Shown here: one piece after another, positions 11,885 to 24,571 of the stretch | Layout: every line of letters starts with the position of its first letter | Position numbering within the stretch: the stretch's first letter is position 1 | From: Lama glama | Taxonomy: Eukaryota | Direction of reading: 5' to 3' | NCBI GenBank assembly: GCA_028534125.1 | Contig: CM052817.1 | Location: 13,208,001-13,272,000, forward strand | DNA length: 64,000 nt | The notes under the pieces: model-generated | Databases searched by the model: none | What the model was told of the DNA's origin: nothing | What the model saw: only the letters and a program-made list of their open reading frames with translations | Translations under genes and position numbers: made by a program

Positions 11885-14521
11885 TCTCTTTTTCTCTTCC
11901 CCTTTCTCTCTCTCACAGACAAACAAACAGGTACTCACACAAATACACAGTATGCACGCACATATTCACAATCAGTGTCCTTTACGTCTGAGTTAAAGAT
12001 GTTACAGCCTTTGAGGTCTGCTTAGAAGAGAGCAACTTCCAAGGTGCAAGAAAGGCTTCTCGACAACGCCTGCCCACCAGGCGCTGACGGTGGTCCCTCC
12101 TTTGTAGATCATCGAACATTCCACCTGCAGACATTGCATCTTCTGCACCACAGCCCAGAACTTTACTTGTTAACTAGTTTGTTTCCACTCAATAAAGACT
12201 ATAAAGTCTTTTATTGAGAAAAAAAGGTTTTCTATGTAATTATTATGTCCCAGGCATGATTTAGCCTAGTTGGAAAACCCAACTCGGATTGTAATAAACA
12301 AGAATAGAATAATATCACAACCAAGCAAATGAATCCATCAAAGTATGCGTAAGTCACTTTGTGAGAGTGGAGAAAGAAAAATACAAACGTGACGGTCGTG
12401 GGTGGGGAGGAAAATGGGGAGAAAGGAAAACGAGTTTTAGATGGAGGTCTTAATGAGCTCATGGCTACTCCTCAGGGGAGAAAGGAGGTGTGTGTGGGGT
12501 GAGGGGCAGGTGGATGAGGTGGTATTACAGGGGCCCCCAGCCAAGTAGGAGGAGGCGGAGTGTGTTGGGAAAGGGGACTGGCATCATGAATGCTATGGAA
12601 CATGGATGCATGGATGAGGCTACAACATGAAACTGGAAAAGGAACAAAATCACACACTGCAGATTTCAAAAGCTCTGTCAAGTAAGAGGAAGTGAGTATG
12701 TTTGTGTTTTAAGAGTTACTCACTTGGAGCCAGGGAGGACGACTTGGAGAGGGCACAGCCTGGAAGCAGAGTCTTCATGTGCTCGGTGAGATTTATCTTG
12801 AGAGTGAGGCAGAAATGTTAGGAGGCTTTGCTGCATTGCCAGTTAGCCCCATGGAAGTTTCCCTTCAACTGAAATGATGGCTAAAGTTGCATGTCTGCTT
12901 ACTGTTTTCCTAGGGGATGTTTAGACAGGTTGCGGATTGAGACTTTTTCAGTTGTGAGAGAAGGCTGAGGAACACAAAAGGAAGTGAAAATTTTGCTAAT
13001 AACATATTGAAATAGAAAAAGGCTACTTTTCCTTGCTCCAGTAGTTTAGAAGTGACTAGAATAAGTCACATGAATATGAGTCTTAGACTTGAACAGAATT
13101 TGTGTCTCATAGGTCACATCATGCCTGGGAAGTCTCTGGGTTCTTTATAGCAATATATCAAGGAATGCAGTGGCATTTTCCCCATATACTGTGCACATTA
13201 TTTGTGGGTGCACACACACAGCTTTGGTGATTATAAAGTCTTTTATTAAAAGACTTGAGTATTGAGTAGGGCACAATGGATTCACTTTGGTTTTTTTAAA
13301 AGGGCTTCTGAAATTCTGACTTACATTGTACTGTGCACAGACACAAACGGATTGGATTTAATTTCTTTCCACATGAGAGATAGCTGCCTTCTTGGAAAAG
13401 ATCTAAAATATTTCTCGAGGACAGAACCTTGGAGACTAAAGGCTCAAGAGATCGGTGCTTTAGGGGACAAGGCATATAAATGATACATTTTCTCATAAAG
13501 TTTAAATGCATTTTAGCCCAAGCAGTTAACTTTTAGCTCAAGGCGCTTGCATGAATTGGTCATTCATTCATTCATCACAAGTTTATTGAACCATAGCTAA
13601 GAGATCATGTCATCACCAGCTATTGGGCAGAACAGGAGACAACCCAAAAAAAAAGAAACTAAAAATGTTATTTTGAAACTAGACCATGAATGGCTTTAGA
13701 ACTAGGACTACCAAGTATTTATTGAACACTTAATATTGTACTTGGCAGTTTGGGTGCTTAAAGTAGTACATTCTAGAAGTTATCCTGGAATATTTGAGGA
13801 CAACGGAATCCTTGAAAGTACATGACTTAATAACCCCTGCAGAGCATCATTATATAATGGTTTCCCTGTAGAAGAGGAATAAAAGGTGAGATCGAGGTGG
13901 AGCACTCAATGTGGCGAGAAGAGAACCAGGATACAAAGACTTCTAAGGAAGACAAACACGCGGATGCTGGGCTGGAGCATCTGTCGGTTTGGTGGTGACA
14001 ACACCGTCTGACTATCGAGACAAAAGGAGTATTAGTTCAGCACATGCAGGAAGAACGCTGTGAGACACAGGATGTCCTCAGCGACAAGGAGAAGCTGGGC
14101 GAGGGCCGCCGCGGGCCCAGGTACACTGGTGAGAGTGGAAGGGGAAGGAAAGCAGCATTCGCTAGAGGGCTTCCGTTTTCCCAGCAAGTTACAGGACAGG
14201 CTTATTATCGAAGATTCAGGAGGCTGAGCCTAGGGTGGAGAACTTAAAGAGAATGATCAAGTGACCCTCTGCCACTGACTGCATTGTGGCAAGTGGAAAA
14301 GGGGGAGACAGGCTCAAGGAAGGGGAATGGTGGAGAAATCAATGAAAGAGACAACCGTAAATGTATATAATGTTATCATCTTGTTTTATTTTTATTCTCC
14401 CGTTTTCCCAAAAAGTTGCCTTCAGAAAAAAATTCGACTCAGTTGATATTTAAATGTAAGTGTCATACAGGTTTTACTGCAGGTGTGGTGGCTTTCATTG
14501 TTGGTGGGGTTCCTCGCCTCT

Positions 14522-14715
14522 AGGCTCTGAGTCAGATACATGTATGTTAGAATCCTGGCCTCAGCTGTAACTCAGGAGCCTTCATCATCTATAAGTGGAG
14601 AACGTTTTGACCCCATCACTGGGTTTTGTTTTTTTAGAATTGGCAATTATGTAACAGTGCTGTCACCCAGTACGCCTGAGCATGATAAATGCTCACGGTT
14701 GCCACTGTCATTTCT
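14522..14715 (+). mobile_element. MIR SINE
   Basis: ggctctgagtcagata...gaatcctggcctcagc...catctataagtggaga...cccagtacgcctgagcatgataaatgctca. Confidence 0.6.
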
Positions 14716-14844
14716 ATCACTATCTTTTTAATAACATAGAATTTGCCTTTTAATTTCATTTTTGAGAGAAAACTTCTTTAACGTCTCTTAGGCTGTCGAT
14801 TTCTCAATTCTTTGTCTCTGCCTTCTACCACACTGAAATCCCTC

Positions 14845-15100
14845 TTTTATTATTTTTTTATTGAAGTATAGTCAGTTACAACGTGTCAATTTCTGGTGTA
14901 CAGCGTAATGTCCCCGTCATACACATATATATACATGTATTTGTTTTCAAATTCTTTTTCATTAAAGATTATTACAAGATGTTGAATACAGTTCCCTGTG
15001 CTATACAGAAAAAAATTTGTTTTTCATCTATTTTTATATATAGTAGTTAATGTTTACAAATCTCGAATTCCCAAATTTATCCCTTCCCACCCTCTTTCCA
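14845..15100 (-). mobile_element. L1 3'-UTR fragment (relatively young lineage)
   Basis: T-rich tail followed by attgaagtatagtcagttacaacgtgtcaatttctggtgtacagc..., the reverse complement of the end of the L1 at 6149-7272. Confidence 0.85.
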
Positions 15101-15206
15101 CCCTCTTGCCAGGTCTGCCTCCTCTGTGAAGCTTTCTCTGAAACTGTGGGTCCCTCATTTCTGCACTTGCTCCCCAATGCCCATGTCTCTGTAATATCTT
15201 TTAAGA

Positions 15207-15625
15207 TTTTTTTTTGTATATATATTTTTTTTTTGAAGTACAGTCAGTTTACAATGTTGTGTCAGTCTCTGGTGTACAGCATAATGCTTCAGTCATACAT
15301 GAACCTACATATATTCATTTTCATATTCTTTTTGATCGTAAGTTACAAGATATTGAATAGTGTTTGCTGTACTATACAGTATGAACTTGTTGTTTATCTA
15401 TTTTATATATATAAGTATCTGTAAATCTCGAACTCCCAATTTATCCCTTCTCCCTCCCTTCCTCCCTGCCCCAGTAACCATAAGTTTGTTTTCTATGTCT
15501 GTGAGTCTGTTTCAGTTTTATAAATAAGTTCATTTGTCTTTTTTTTTTTAATCCACATATAAGTGGTATCATTTGGTATTTTTCTTTCTCTTTCTGGCTT
15601 ACTTCACTTATAATGACAATCTCCA
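15207..15625 (-). mobile_element. L1 3' fragment
   Basis: ttttgaagtacagtcagtttacaatgttgtg...tatgtctgtgagtctgtttc...ctggcttacttcactta. ORF 15441-15707 (-) includes the L1 ORF2 end (LEIVIISEVSQKEKEKY). Confidence 0.88.
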
Positions 15626-18435
15626 ATTTAAATTCATTCTGTCCAGATATCCTGACGCACACTTTCTTTGTATCTGCAATGGCATCAATCCTGTTACTTG
15701 GAGACAAAATGTGTCCCCTCCGTATCTAGTGCATGGCAGGGAGCTTTGGAGGGGTGACTCAGCAGAGCGCTGGCGGTACTGGTGAGCCCCACCTGCAAAC
15801 AGCCATGTCTGTCTCCCCTATCCTCCCTGCCCCTCTCTTCGCCATTAATGCAGAGAGCTCTGCACCCAACCCTGTTATGAAATTATCTGCGATTAAAATG
15901 ATAAATTGGTTTCTGCTCCAGTAATTCAATGTGCTTGAAGACGACCCTTTCCAGAATCATGTTTTTATATTAATGTGCTACTTTAAAAGGAGATATTTCT
16001 TACCCGAACATCATACTTTCAAGAATGCACTGTTTATTTCTATTATTAATTTGGATCCTTTTTAAAAAGATATTTTAGAGAATGTTTTAAAATTAAGTGT
16101 ATTTTCCACAAGTCAGAACTGTAGGGGTGTTTACTGAACACTATAGAACATGGTAAAAAGGGTTTACGTCGAATCAGAACCTGAAAGGGGCTTATGCCGG
16201 CGCCTCGCTTTTCGGTATTGCCGTTTCTTCTGCACGTTATTGCTTTCATCCCGTGAGCAGGCCCGGCTCCTGCTGTTACTCTGTTAGCAGCCGCGCACTT
16301 CGTCACCGGGAGGTGTCAGGCTCTGTACATTGCGCACCAGCTGCAGACACGGGTGTATGACCTTGGCTGTGTCCGTGTGTATTTTTCCAGGATCAGTTCC
16401 ACAGAGTTTGTGAGTTTTCATGAGTTCTCAGTTCCCTCTGCCCTCGTGAAGTATAAGAATCACTTCTGCAGTGGAAAGGACCTCTCACGTCTGTACGATT
16501 AGCTTCTAACACAAGTCCTGCCGCTTGCTTGTTTTGCAAACTTGGATGAATGAAGTGAATCTCTAACCTTAGTTTCCTTTCAAATTCCCGAAGGGTGTCA
16601 AATGGGGTGAGATGAATAAAACAGAATGTAAAGGCCCATAGTGGATGCTTCCTAAATTCTATGGAGACGTCTTCCTTTTTGTCTAAAAGCCATCATTCCC
16701 ACTGGAGCGTTGCTCTTATCCATTCATCATCGGAGATAGAATCCAGCTGCTCAAATCTGTGTGCACAACTGTCTGTGTGCTTAAAGTACTTAAGCAAGCC
16801 CTTGCCTCCTTAACCATGGGTTAATTCCTTTGACCCTTCTTCGTAGCCAGTTGTCAGATGGGAATTTTCTCAGCGGTTTGCCCACTTAAGGCAGCATGTC
16901 TCTGGAGGCGAGTGGTGGAAGGCGGAAGCCAGTATTGTTAACAGCAGAGCTGAGCCGTGAGCTTGGGGACTTTGGGTTTTGGGGTAGCCCCAACTGTCTC
17001 TGCTTTGCAGTAAAGGCGAGATCAATCCAATAGAATGTTACATGGTCCCCATCAGCCCTGGAACACCACTTCCACCTAGAAATCGGGACTATGTGTGAGG
17101 AAGTACTACTTTTTAGGGGATGGATAATGAAGAAGAAAGAATGAAGCAGCAATAGTGGGAGAAGTCTGGAAAAAAGTGTTTGAAATTGTATCCAGGACCT
17201 CCAGCCAGTCTGGAGCCAAGAAAAGCCAAAAGTCAGTATGCAAAATGAACCATCCAAATATCTCTTTCCTTACTGTCAGAAATGAATCAGGCAGCTTTTA
17301 AAAGCGAGGACTTTACCATTTCAAATTGCAAATTAGGAACAGATCAAAGAAAATATGCATTATTTAATCGAATCGCTGTCTCAGAAGGGCCCCTTCCTTA
17401 CATGTTTATCTTTTCAAATAGTTAGCTAAACTCTAAAAGCAAAATATTCTAATCCTGAATTTAAGACCAGCTATTCATATTTTTACAACTTTGTGTACAG
17501 AGAGTAAATTAAATAGGTAACACCATCAAAATAAATGATGTTCAGAAAATCCAGTATATACCCAGCTTCTCTTTATTGGATCAAATGAGAAAGATGAAAA
17601 TATACATTTTCATTTTTGGTCTAATTTGTTGTTATTTTTTTTTTCCCAGAACAAGGGCAGGAGAAAAAGTTAGAGGCGGAACCTAGGAGTCCATGATATG
17701 TAGGAACTGTGAGCAGGGCAGAAACAAAGGTGGCCCTGATAAATGCTTGCTTAAAGGAGGTGGTTTTGCGGAAAGAAACAGTGTTCTCCGGAAGGCCATC
17801 CTTCGGACACACAATATTGATCCTCTTTCCTAGTTAGTCACACATAATCCGCAAGATTCTGACTTCCTATGACTATTAATAAAAAACTCCTAGGTTTCTT
17901 GTTAACAATGTTTAAGCCCAACAGTTTGGCTTGTCAGATGGGAAGGCAGCACATGCTGTGAGGAGCCAGAGCCTGCGGTGAGAGATCTGGGCACCTGGTG
18001 AGCAAGGGAGAAGGGGCGGGCAGATGCCACTGTCCAAGATGCAGAGGTCCCCGCTCTTGCTGTGGTGATCCGTGGTGAGCACCATCATGAGTAACATGTC
18101 AGAGCAGCTGAAGTAGCTTTATTTCCAAGATTCTATTTTTTAAAGTCCGCTCAAGGTATTCCATTTTATAACATGGCTCTCATTTGAATCCCAGCATCTT
18201 TTCTTGGTTTGGGGAGAAAAGATGGAGCTAATTGGTAAGACATTCTCATGGGAAGGGGCCATATGCTGTGTTTCATGGAAAGAAGTAGGTTGCAAACTGC
18301 TGCTGAGAGCCAACAGGTATGTGCCCTTTCTGCAGAGAAGGGGGCCACAGGAAGGCACAGCATCTTTGTTTGCCAAGGCATGGCTAGTTGAAAAGAAACT
18401 GTTCTTTAGAAAGAAGTAAAACCTAAAAAACACCT

Positions 18436-18438
18436 GCC

Positions 18439-18472
<34 letters not shown>

Positions 18473-18485
18473 ACATACACACACA
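18436..18485. repeat. (CT)n(CA)n microsatellite
   Basis: Directly visible. Confidence 0.9.
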
Positions 18486-20685
18486 AACCCTCAATGATAA
18501 ATAAAGCAGAAAATGAATTCAGAAGCAATTGCTTCACAGTAGCAATGAAGTGAGAATCGTATTTTTTGACGACTTGACTCACCAGAGAAAGGAATGGGAA
18601 ATCCTATTAGAGGAATCCACAGATCTTCCTCAATGAAAAAATGTTAAGAATGAGTCTGAAGAAAGAGAATAACGATTGGTCAAAAGGAAACGCAGATTTC
18701 GTCGGCTGTGGTCTCACCAAGCGCGCACCCACGCAGTCACACTGGAAGCCCAGACAGTAGCGTGTGCAAATCGGGGTCCGTCTGCTTAACTTGCCGTCTG
18801 TTGTCTCCCTGAGAGACTCAAGAAATTGACGTGTTTCCTTATCTTTCAAAAACATTCACTGACAGTGATGTGCTAATAACGCACTAGTTTAATGGCACTA
18901 AACACTCTGATTGTGCATTTACTAGTCCACACGTCGGTAAGATCCAATGGCCACTGTTGAAACAATGCAGAGTGATTTTTCAGAATTACTTTTTCTTGTG
19001 GGAACAGGAAAAGCATATTCCAGTCATCCCTGTAAGGGCCTTCAGTTTTGATTTATGTATGTATTGTGAAGAGTCATTGCTTTTCTTGAAAATTACCTCC
19101 ATTGCTTCTAATTGTTATTAATAACTGTGAAAATGGTGATAGTCTAAATGCTCAGGGACTGAAAGAAATCTAGGGAGGAGCATTTGAAAACTTAATTTAG
19201 TTTTTGAGTTATTCTTAATATTTTTTATTTATTGGGAAACTTTGTCCCTGGGGAATTAATTGTTAAACATTTTTTATTCAGTCAGATTATTTGAAAAGTA
19301 GACGCAATGTGTAAGTTTCACTCTATTGCATTGTTTTCTAATTTACAGAGAGAAAACATATTTTTGTAAAATTTGCTTAGAAAGAAGAAAATAGGACATC
19401 AATAATACAAGTATTAGCTAGACTATTAAGGAACTGAAAATAATAGTTAGCAACTGGAAGTATTATAAGGAAAAACGAAAGTGGTATGACCGAGTATTTA
19501 AATTTAAAAATACAGTCATGAAGCTATTTAATTAATAACTAAAGCTAAAAAATTAAAATGCAATCTGGAGCCCACTGCTGTGACTTATTTCAGAATTGAC
19601 AGCTCAGTCTTTTTATCCGAATTCCTAAGAACATGATTTGAAACGTCTAACCTGCCAAGAGTATAGTCGGTGAACAAGAACTTGTAACCTTTTTTTCAGT
19701 CATCAACTTCAGTTTCCTTAATGGAGGAAAAGTACCTTTGATAAATTCTGAACTTGATCAAAATAGAGTTGGGCAACTGAATCTTCCTTGCATATTGATG
19801 CTACGTCTTTTATCTCTAGCAGACCATTAGACTTCAGCCTCTCCGTACGTAAAATGAAAGCAGTGTTATTTTCCTTCTCTAAGTGATGCTCCAACGATGA
19901 ATATAAAAACCCCATCAAACTGACTGAGCCATGCAGATATTCTGTAATACCGGGCTACATTTCATTCAATGGGACGTTAAAAACAGAGCATCAGAAACTA
20001 ATTTTGTATTGACATTTTTTATTTTAAGCCACACTTTAGATATTTACGGTTGTAGTCCATTGTATTCGACCTGAATTTCTTATGATCTATCGTGCTAATT
20101 AATCAGAAAGTGCAAATGATAGCCCCTGGAGTAGAAGGAACCTGGAAGTGTCACTTTATCTCATCCCTTTACCTATGGTCAGAGAATATGCAAACCACTC
20201 CAGATGGAGGAGACCATATCCTGTTTTCAAAGCTCTGCTCTACCGAACACCGTATACCTGTATTTCTGATGAACAGGGAAACTTTGATCCAGCTAGGGTT
20301 GAGGATTTTATTAATTATGCAAATAATACATAAAGGAATTTTTTAACTCTCTTCCAATTTTAGCAACCTTCTCTGCTGAGTCAAAATGTTACGAAGAATT
20401 GCACAAAGATACTCTGTTCATTAAATATATTCAAAAAGCTCAAGTCTAAATCTAACATTTGATTTTGAATTACACTCCTCCCTGTAACACAGTGAACTTT
20501 ATGCTGTGTATTTCACAATTCATAATATCATCAGTTACAGCACCTGAATATATATTTGAGGTGTAGTTAACTAGAGTAACAAAAGAAAAAGAGAGTCCTC
20601 AGTATTTGTCTCAGAATAATCTATTCTTACAAAAAAGTAAAAAATTCAAATTCATCCAAAATGGAAGAATATGAATATTAAAATA

Positions 20686-21123
20686 TTGAAATATTACTCA
20701 GCTATAAAAAGAATGAAATTCTGCCCTTTGCAGTAACATGGATGGACCTAGAAAATATTATGCTTAGGGAAATACGTCACACAGAGAAAGACAAGTACTG
20801 TATGATGTCACTTATATGCGGAATCTAAAAAATCATACAAATGAATGTATATGCAAAACAGAAAAATACTCACAGGTATAGAAAATAAATTAGTGGTTAC
20901 CAAAGGGAAGAGAGAAGGAGGAGGGAAAAATTAGGGATCTGGGATTAAAAGATACAAACTACTAGGTGTAAAATAGATAAGTAATAAGGATATATTATAT
21001 GGCACAGGGAATTATAACCATTCATTTGTGATAACTTTTATTGGAGAATCTGTGAAAATACTGGAGTCAGTCTGTTGTACACCTGAAACTAATATATTGT
21101 AAATCAATTATACTTCAAAAAAA
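20686..21123 (+). mobile_element. 5'-truncated L1 3' end with TSD
   Basis: tactcagctataaaaagaatgaaattctgccctttgcag...caattatacttcaaaaaaa, flanked by the 13-bp duplication GAATATTAAAATA (20673-20685 and 21124-21136). Confidence 0.9.
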
Positions 21124-21444
21124 GAATATTAAAATAATGCACATTTGTGCATGTGTCTACAAATACACATTTTGTTAAACCTCCATCAAAGGTTTCTATT
21201 TTCTTCAGTTTAAAGTCCCCTAGCAGCCTTAGCCCAGACACAGGTCACTGGTGTGGCACGGATTACTCACCAGTCCTGGAGGCTACACTACGTTACCTGC
21301 CTAAATTCAGTCCACTGTCAGTAGCTGTCCCTCAGTCCCACTTTCTGCTATGACCCATGTGACTTCTCTGTGGGGGATAAATCAAAACCCATTTCCCCCT
21401 CCATGTTAAGGTTATGATTTCTTTGGAATTAATTCATCAACTTT

Positions 21445-21697
21445 AAAAAAATTCATTGACATGTACTTGACTTACAACGTTGAGTTAGTTTCTGGTGTGC
21501 AGAAAAGTGATTCATACATATAGATAGATATTCATATTCTCTTCCATTACCGTTTATTACAGGATATTGACTATGGTTCCCTGTGCTAAACAGTAGGACT
21601 TTGTTGTTTATCTGTTTTATGTATAGTAGTTTGTATCTGCTAATCCCAAACTTATTCACAGAACAGAAACAGACTCACAGACATGGAAAATAAACTT
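21445..21697 (-). mobile_element. Short L1 3' insertion with an inverted 5' segment
   Basis: 21455-21651 is minus-strand L1 3' UTR. 21652-21697 (ttattcacagaacagaaacagactcacagacatggaaaataaac) is the upstream L1 segment in plus orientation. Confidence 0.8.
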
Positions 21698-24069
21698 TTA
21701 ATTTTTTTGATCTCAGGTAGTGCAGGCAATGCTTCGTTTTGCAGATGGCCCCTTTGTCCCCTGCTAACACAGCTAAAAGAAATACTACAATCTGAAAAGG
21801 ATGTATTGGATTTTGTTTAAATGTACACAATTTTCTGAGATCTTGTAAATAGAAAAGTATTCATACTTGGTGGGTTAATCTCCTACTAATACACACGTGT
21901 GTGTTGGAATTATTTTATCAATGAATAGTCCTCATGAAGATACACTGAGACTGAGAATTGCACTCAAATGTGAGCCCTGAATCTACTGCGGCTAATTTTC
22001 TATATATAACAACTAAGCAGAGTTTGCACATATATCATTTTATGCAGTACTTTTGTAGCAAATTGATTTAAGTGCCTTTTTGGAACAGTTGTTGGGCAGA
22101 GTTGATTCGATGGCCGATAGATTGACTTACACAGCACAATTGTGTTTGGGTTTATACTGGCATCTAAATAGAGCTTTAAGCAAATGGAACGGTCAGTAGT
22201 GCTGGAGTACGTTCTCCATCAACTTAGACTGTGAAACACCGTGACGTACATCATAAAAAAGAGATTCAGTAAAGTACGGCGGGTTAAAATACCCGCTGAG
22301 AGCTGGCAAAGAAAAACAAAGTATTTGAGCTGCATTCAAAATTTTAAAGTGGATTTTGCCTCCTTGAAAATGTAGAATCTGACATGGTCAAAGTAGAATT
22401 GATGAGCTGTTCTAATTGTGAAACTTTGCGTCACAAGATAAAGAAACAATGCTCCAAAGTGGATAGATGTGGATGGTGTGTTAAGTGTGTATATGCCGTG
22501 CCTTTGTACTTTTTCTCATGCACACTCCTCACATCTTTCCAAACCCAGAACAAATCCAGCCTGGCTCATTTTGGGGTTCCTGAAGGCAGGAACTTTCTGT
22601 TCACTTCTGAACCCCCAATTTCTGTTAAATGCTGAGAGCAACTTCCCTTAATTTCTAAAGGTTCCATTTCCTCCTCTGTGTGTTGGCAGTAACAGTGCCT
22701 GCTTCTCAGTGTTGTGAATAATAAATACGTGTTATCTTTAGAACAATAGAACATGTCTGAGTAGAAGCACATTCCTACGAAGTATGCAAAAGGAAGAAAT
22801 TGTGCCGTTTGAAACCTGTTCTGTTCTGATTTCTTCTTTTGCACAAGTCGTCTTGCTGTTTGTTTTACCTGCACCGTTGATCAGTTTTTCCTCTTAATCT
22901 CATCCTCTCTTGCTTTGCCATCCCACTCTTCTGACGCCCGGTCTCCCCCTGCCCTCTTCTTCTTTTCTCGCTCTTTATTTCTTCAACACAGCTCTGTGTT
23001 GTTTCTTTGATTTTCCACATCTTGCTTAATTCTCTCTGCACTCTGACCGTTTTCTTTCGGCCCCATCAACATGGTGCTCTGGGGAAAGCAGGCAGCCGGC
23101 CGTGAGCAGCACCCCCCACTGACGCTTCTGAGTTAAGACCTTTCTCCTGGGAGGGCAGGGGACCAGGGGTGATGGCCATCCCAGTGACCACCCCGACTCC
23201 CTCCATCTCTGAAGCCCCACCCAGGGTAGCTCACTGAATTCAGAACCAGAAGTTGCTTTTCAGATTTTATATCTGTAGTTAGTTCTTTTTTAGATACAGT
23301 TCAGAAATCACGGTATCATGAAAACGTGGCTTCGGATCTCAAAATGTCTGCTAGCTGCATAATCAAGGGTGGTTTGTGCATTAAGTGGAAACATTAGCTT
23401 AAGATTGCCTTTCAAAAATTATAAAATGGCTTTTTTACATTCAGACCATTATGACATATCCGGATACAGGTTATGAACCTCTTATCCTTCTTTGTAATGC
23501 AGAAACTGTATAGGATGAATTTAAATTCCCTGAATTTAAAATGTACCTTAAAATAGCTCACACTCACTGAGATTGTTTTAAGTATTTATTGGTAATGACA
23601 GCAATATAATTCACAGAGACAGTGTTTAACTGTGCAAAAGGCTTTTCTATTTTATGATAAATTGTGCTTTTATAGATACAATTGGTATGCTAAAATTTTC
23701 CCTAAATTATAGGATATCTTCCGAAATCCTGTTTGTTGGTATATATTTCCACATTACAATGATAATATGTAACACTGACTGAATATTAGTAATACTTGTG
23801 AGGTCCTGTGTGAAGTATTTCATAGGGAGAAGGAAGACCCGTATGAAATATGCCTTAAATATTCGTCTTAATTTAAAGATTAGGAAATTAAAGCATAGAG
23901 AAGTTAAAAAAAAATGAGTGCAAGGTTGTAGAGGGAATGAAGAGCACATCCAGAACTCTTGGATGATTAAGGCAGAGACCAAGCCCTCAACTTCACCCTG
24001 AAGTGGCGGGAACAGAGAGAAGCCTGCAGAGTTGCACGTGGCTGGGGCAAATCTAGCGTTTCTCTGGTG

Positions 24070-24290
24070 CTTGCTCTGCACTGAACACCCCACCAAGCAT
24101 TGCACAAGCTTTATCCCAGCTCTTCCAAGAAATAACCTTATGAAGTAGGTGGTTTTATCATCCCCACTGAACCGACAAAGGGGTGAAGGTTTAGAGAGGT
24201 GGACTGGCCAGAGAGACAGGAAGTGGCAGAGCCCAGATGTGGGTCCTGATGCTCTGGTCTGAGTGACGTGGCTCTTACATGCAGGCTGTG
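24070..24290 (-). mobile_element. MIR SINE
   Basis: aataaccttatgaagtaggtggttttatcatcccca...aggaagtggcagagcccagatgtgggtc. Confidence 0.6.
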
Positions 24291-24403
24291 CTCTTCTCTC
24301 CGTTCAGCGGAAGACAGAGGGTTGTTCTCCGCCGGTGTGTGTCACATTTAATTAAGATTCAAATGTACTTTCTTTTCTTCTGGCAGTGACTCTCAGGGAT
24401 TCC

Positions 24404-24571
24404 TTTTGTTTTATTTTTATTGACGTGTAGCTGATTTACAATGTTGTGTTAGTTTCTGGTGTGCGGTATACTGATTCAGTCATACATAGCTATGTTCTTT
24501 TTCGTTATTGGTTATTACAAGCTATTGTGTATAGTTCCCTGCACTATGCAGTAGGACCTTGTTGTTTATCT
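24404..24571 (-). mobile_element. L1 3'-UTR fragment
   Basis: tttttattgacgtgtagctgatttacaatgttgtgttagtttctggtgt...agtaggaccttgttgtttatct. Confidence 0.85.
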
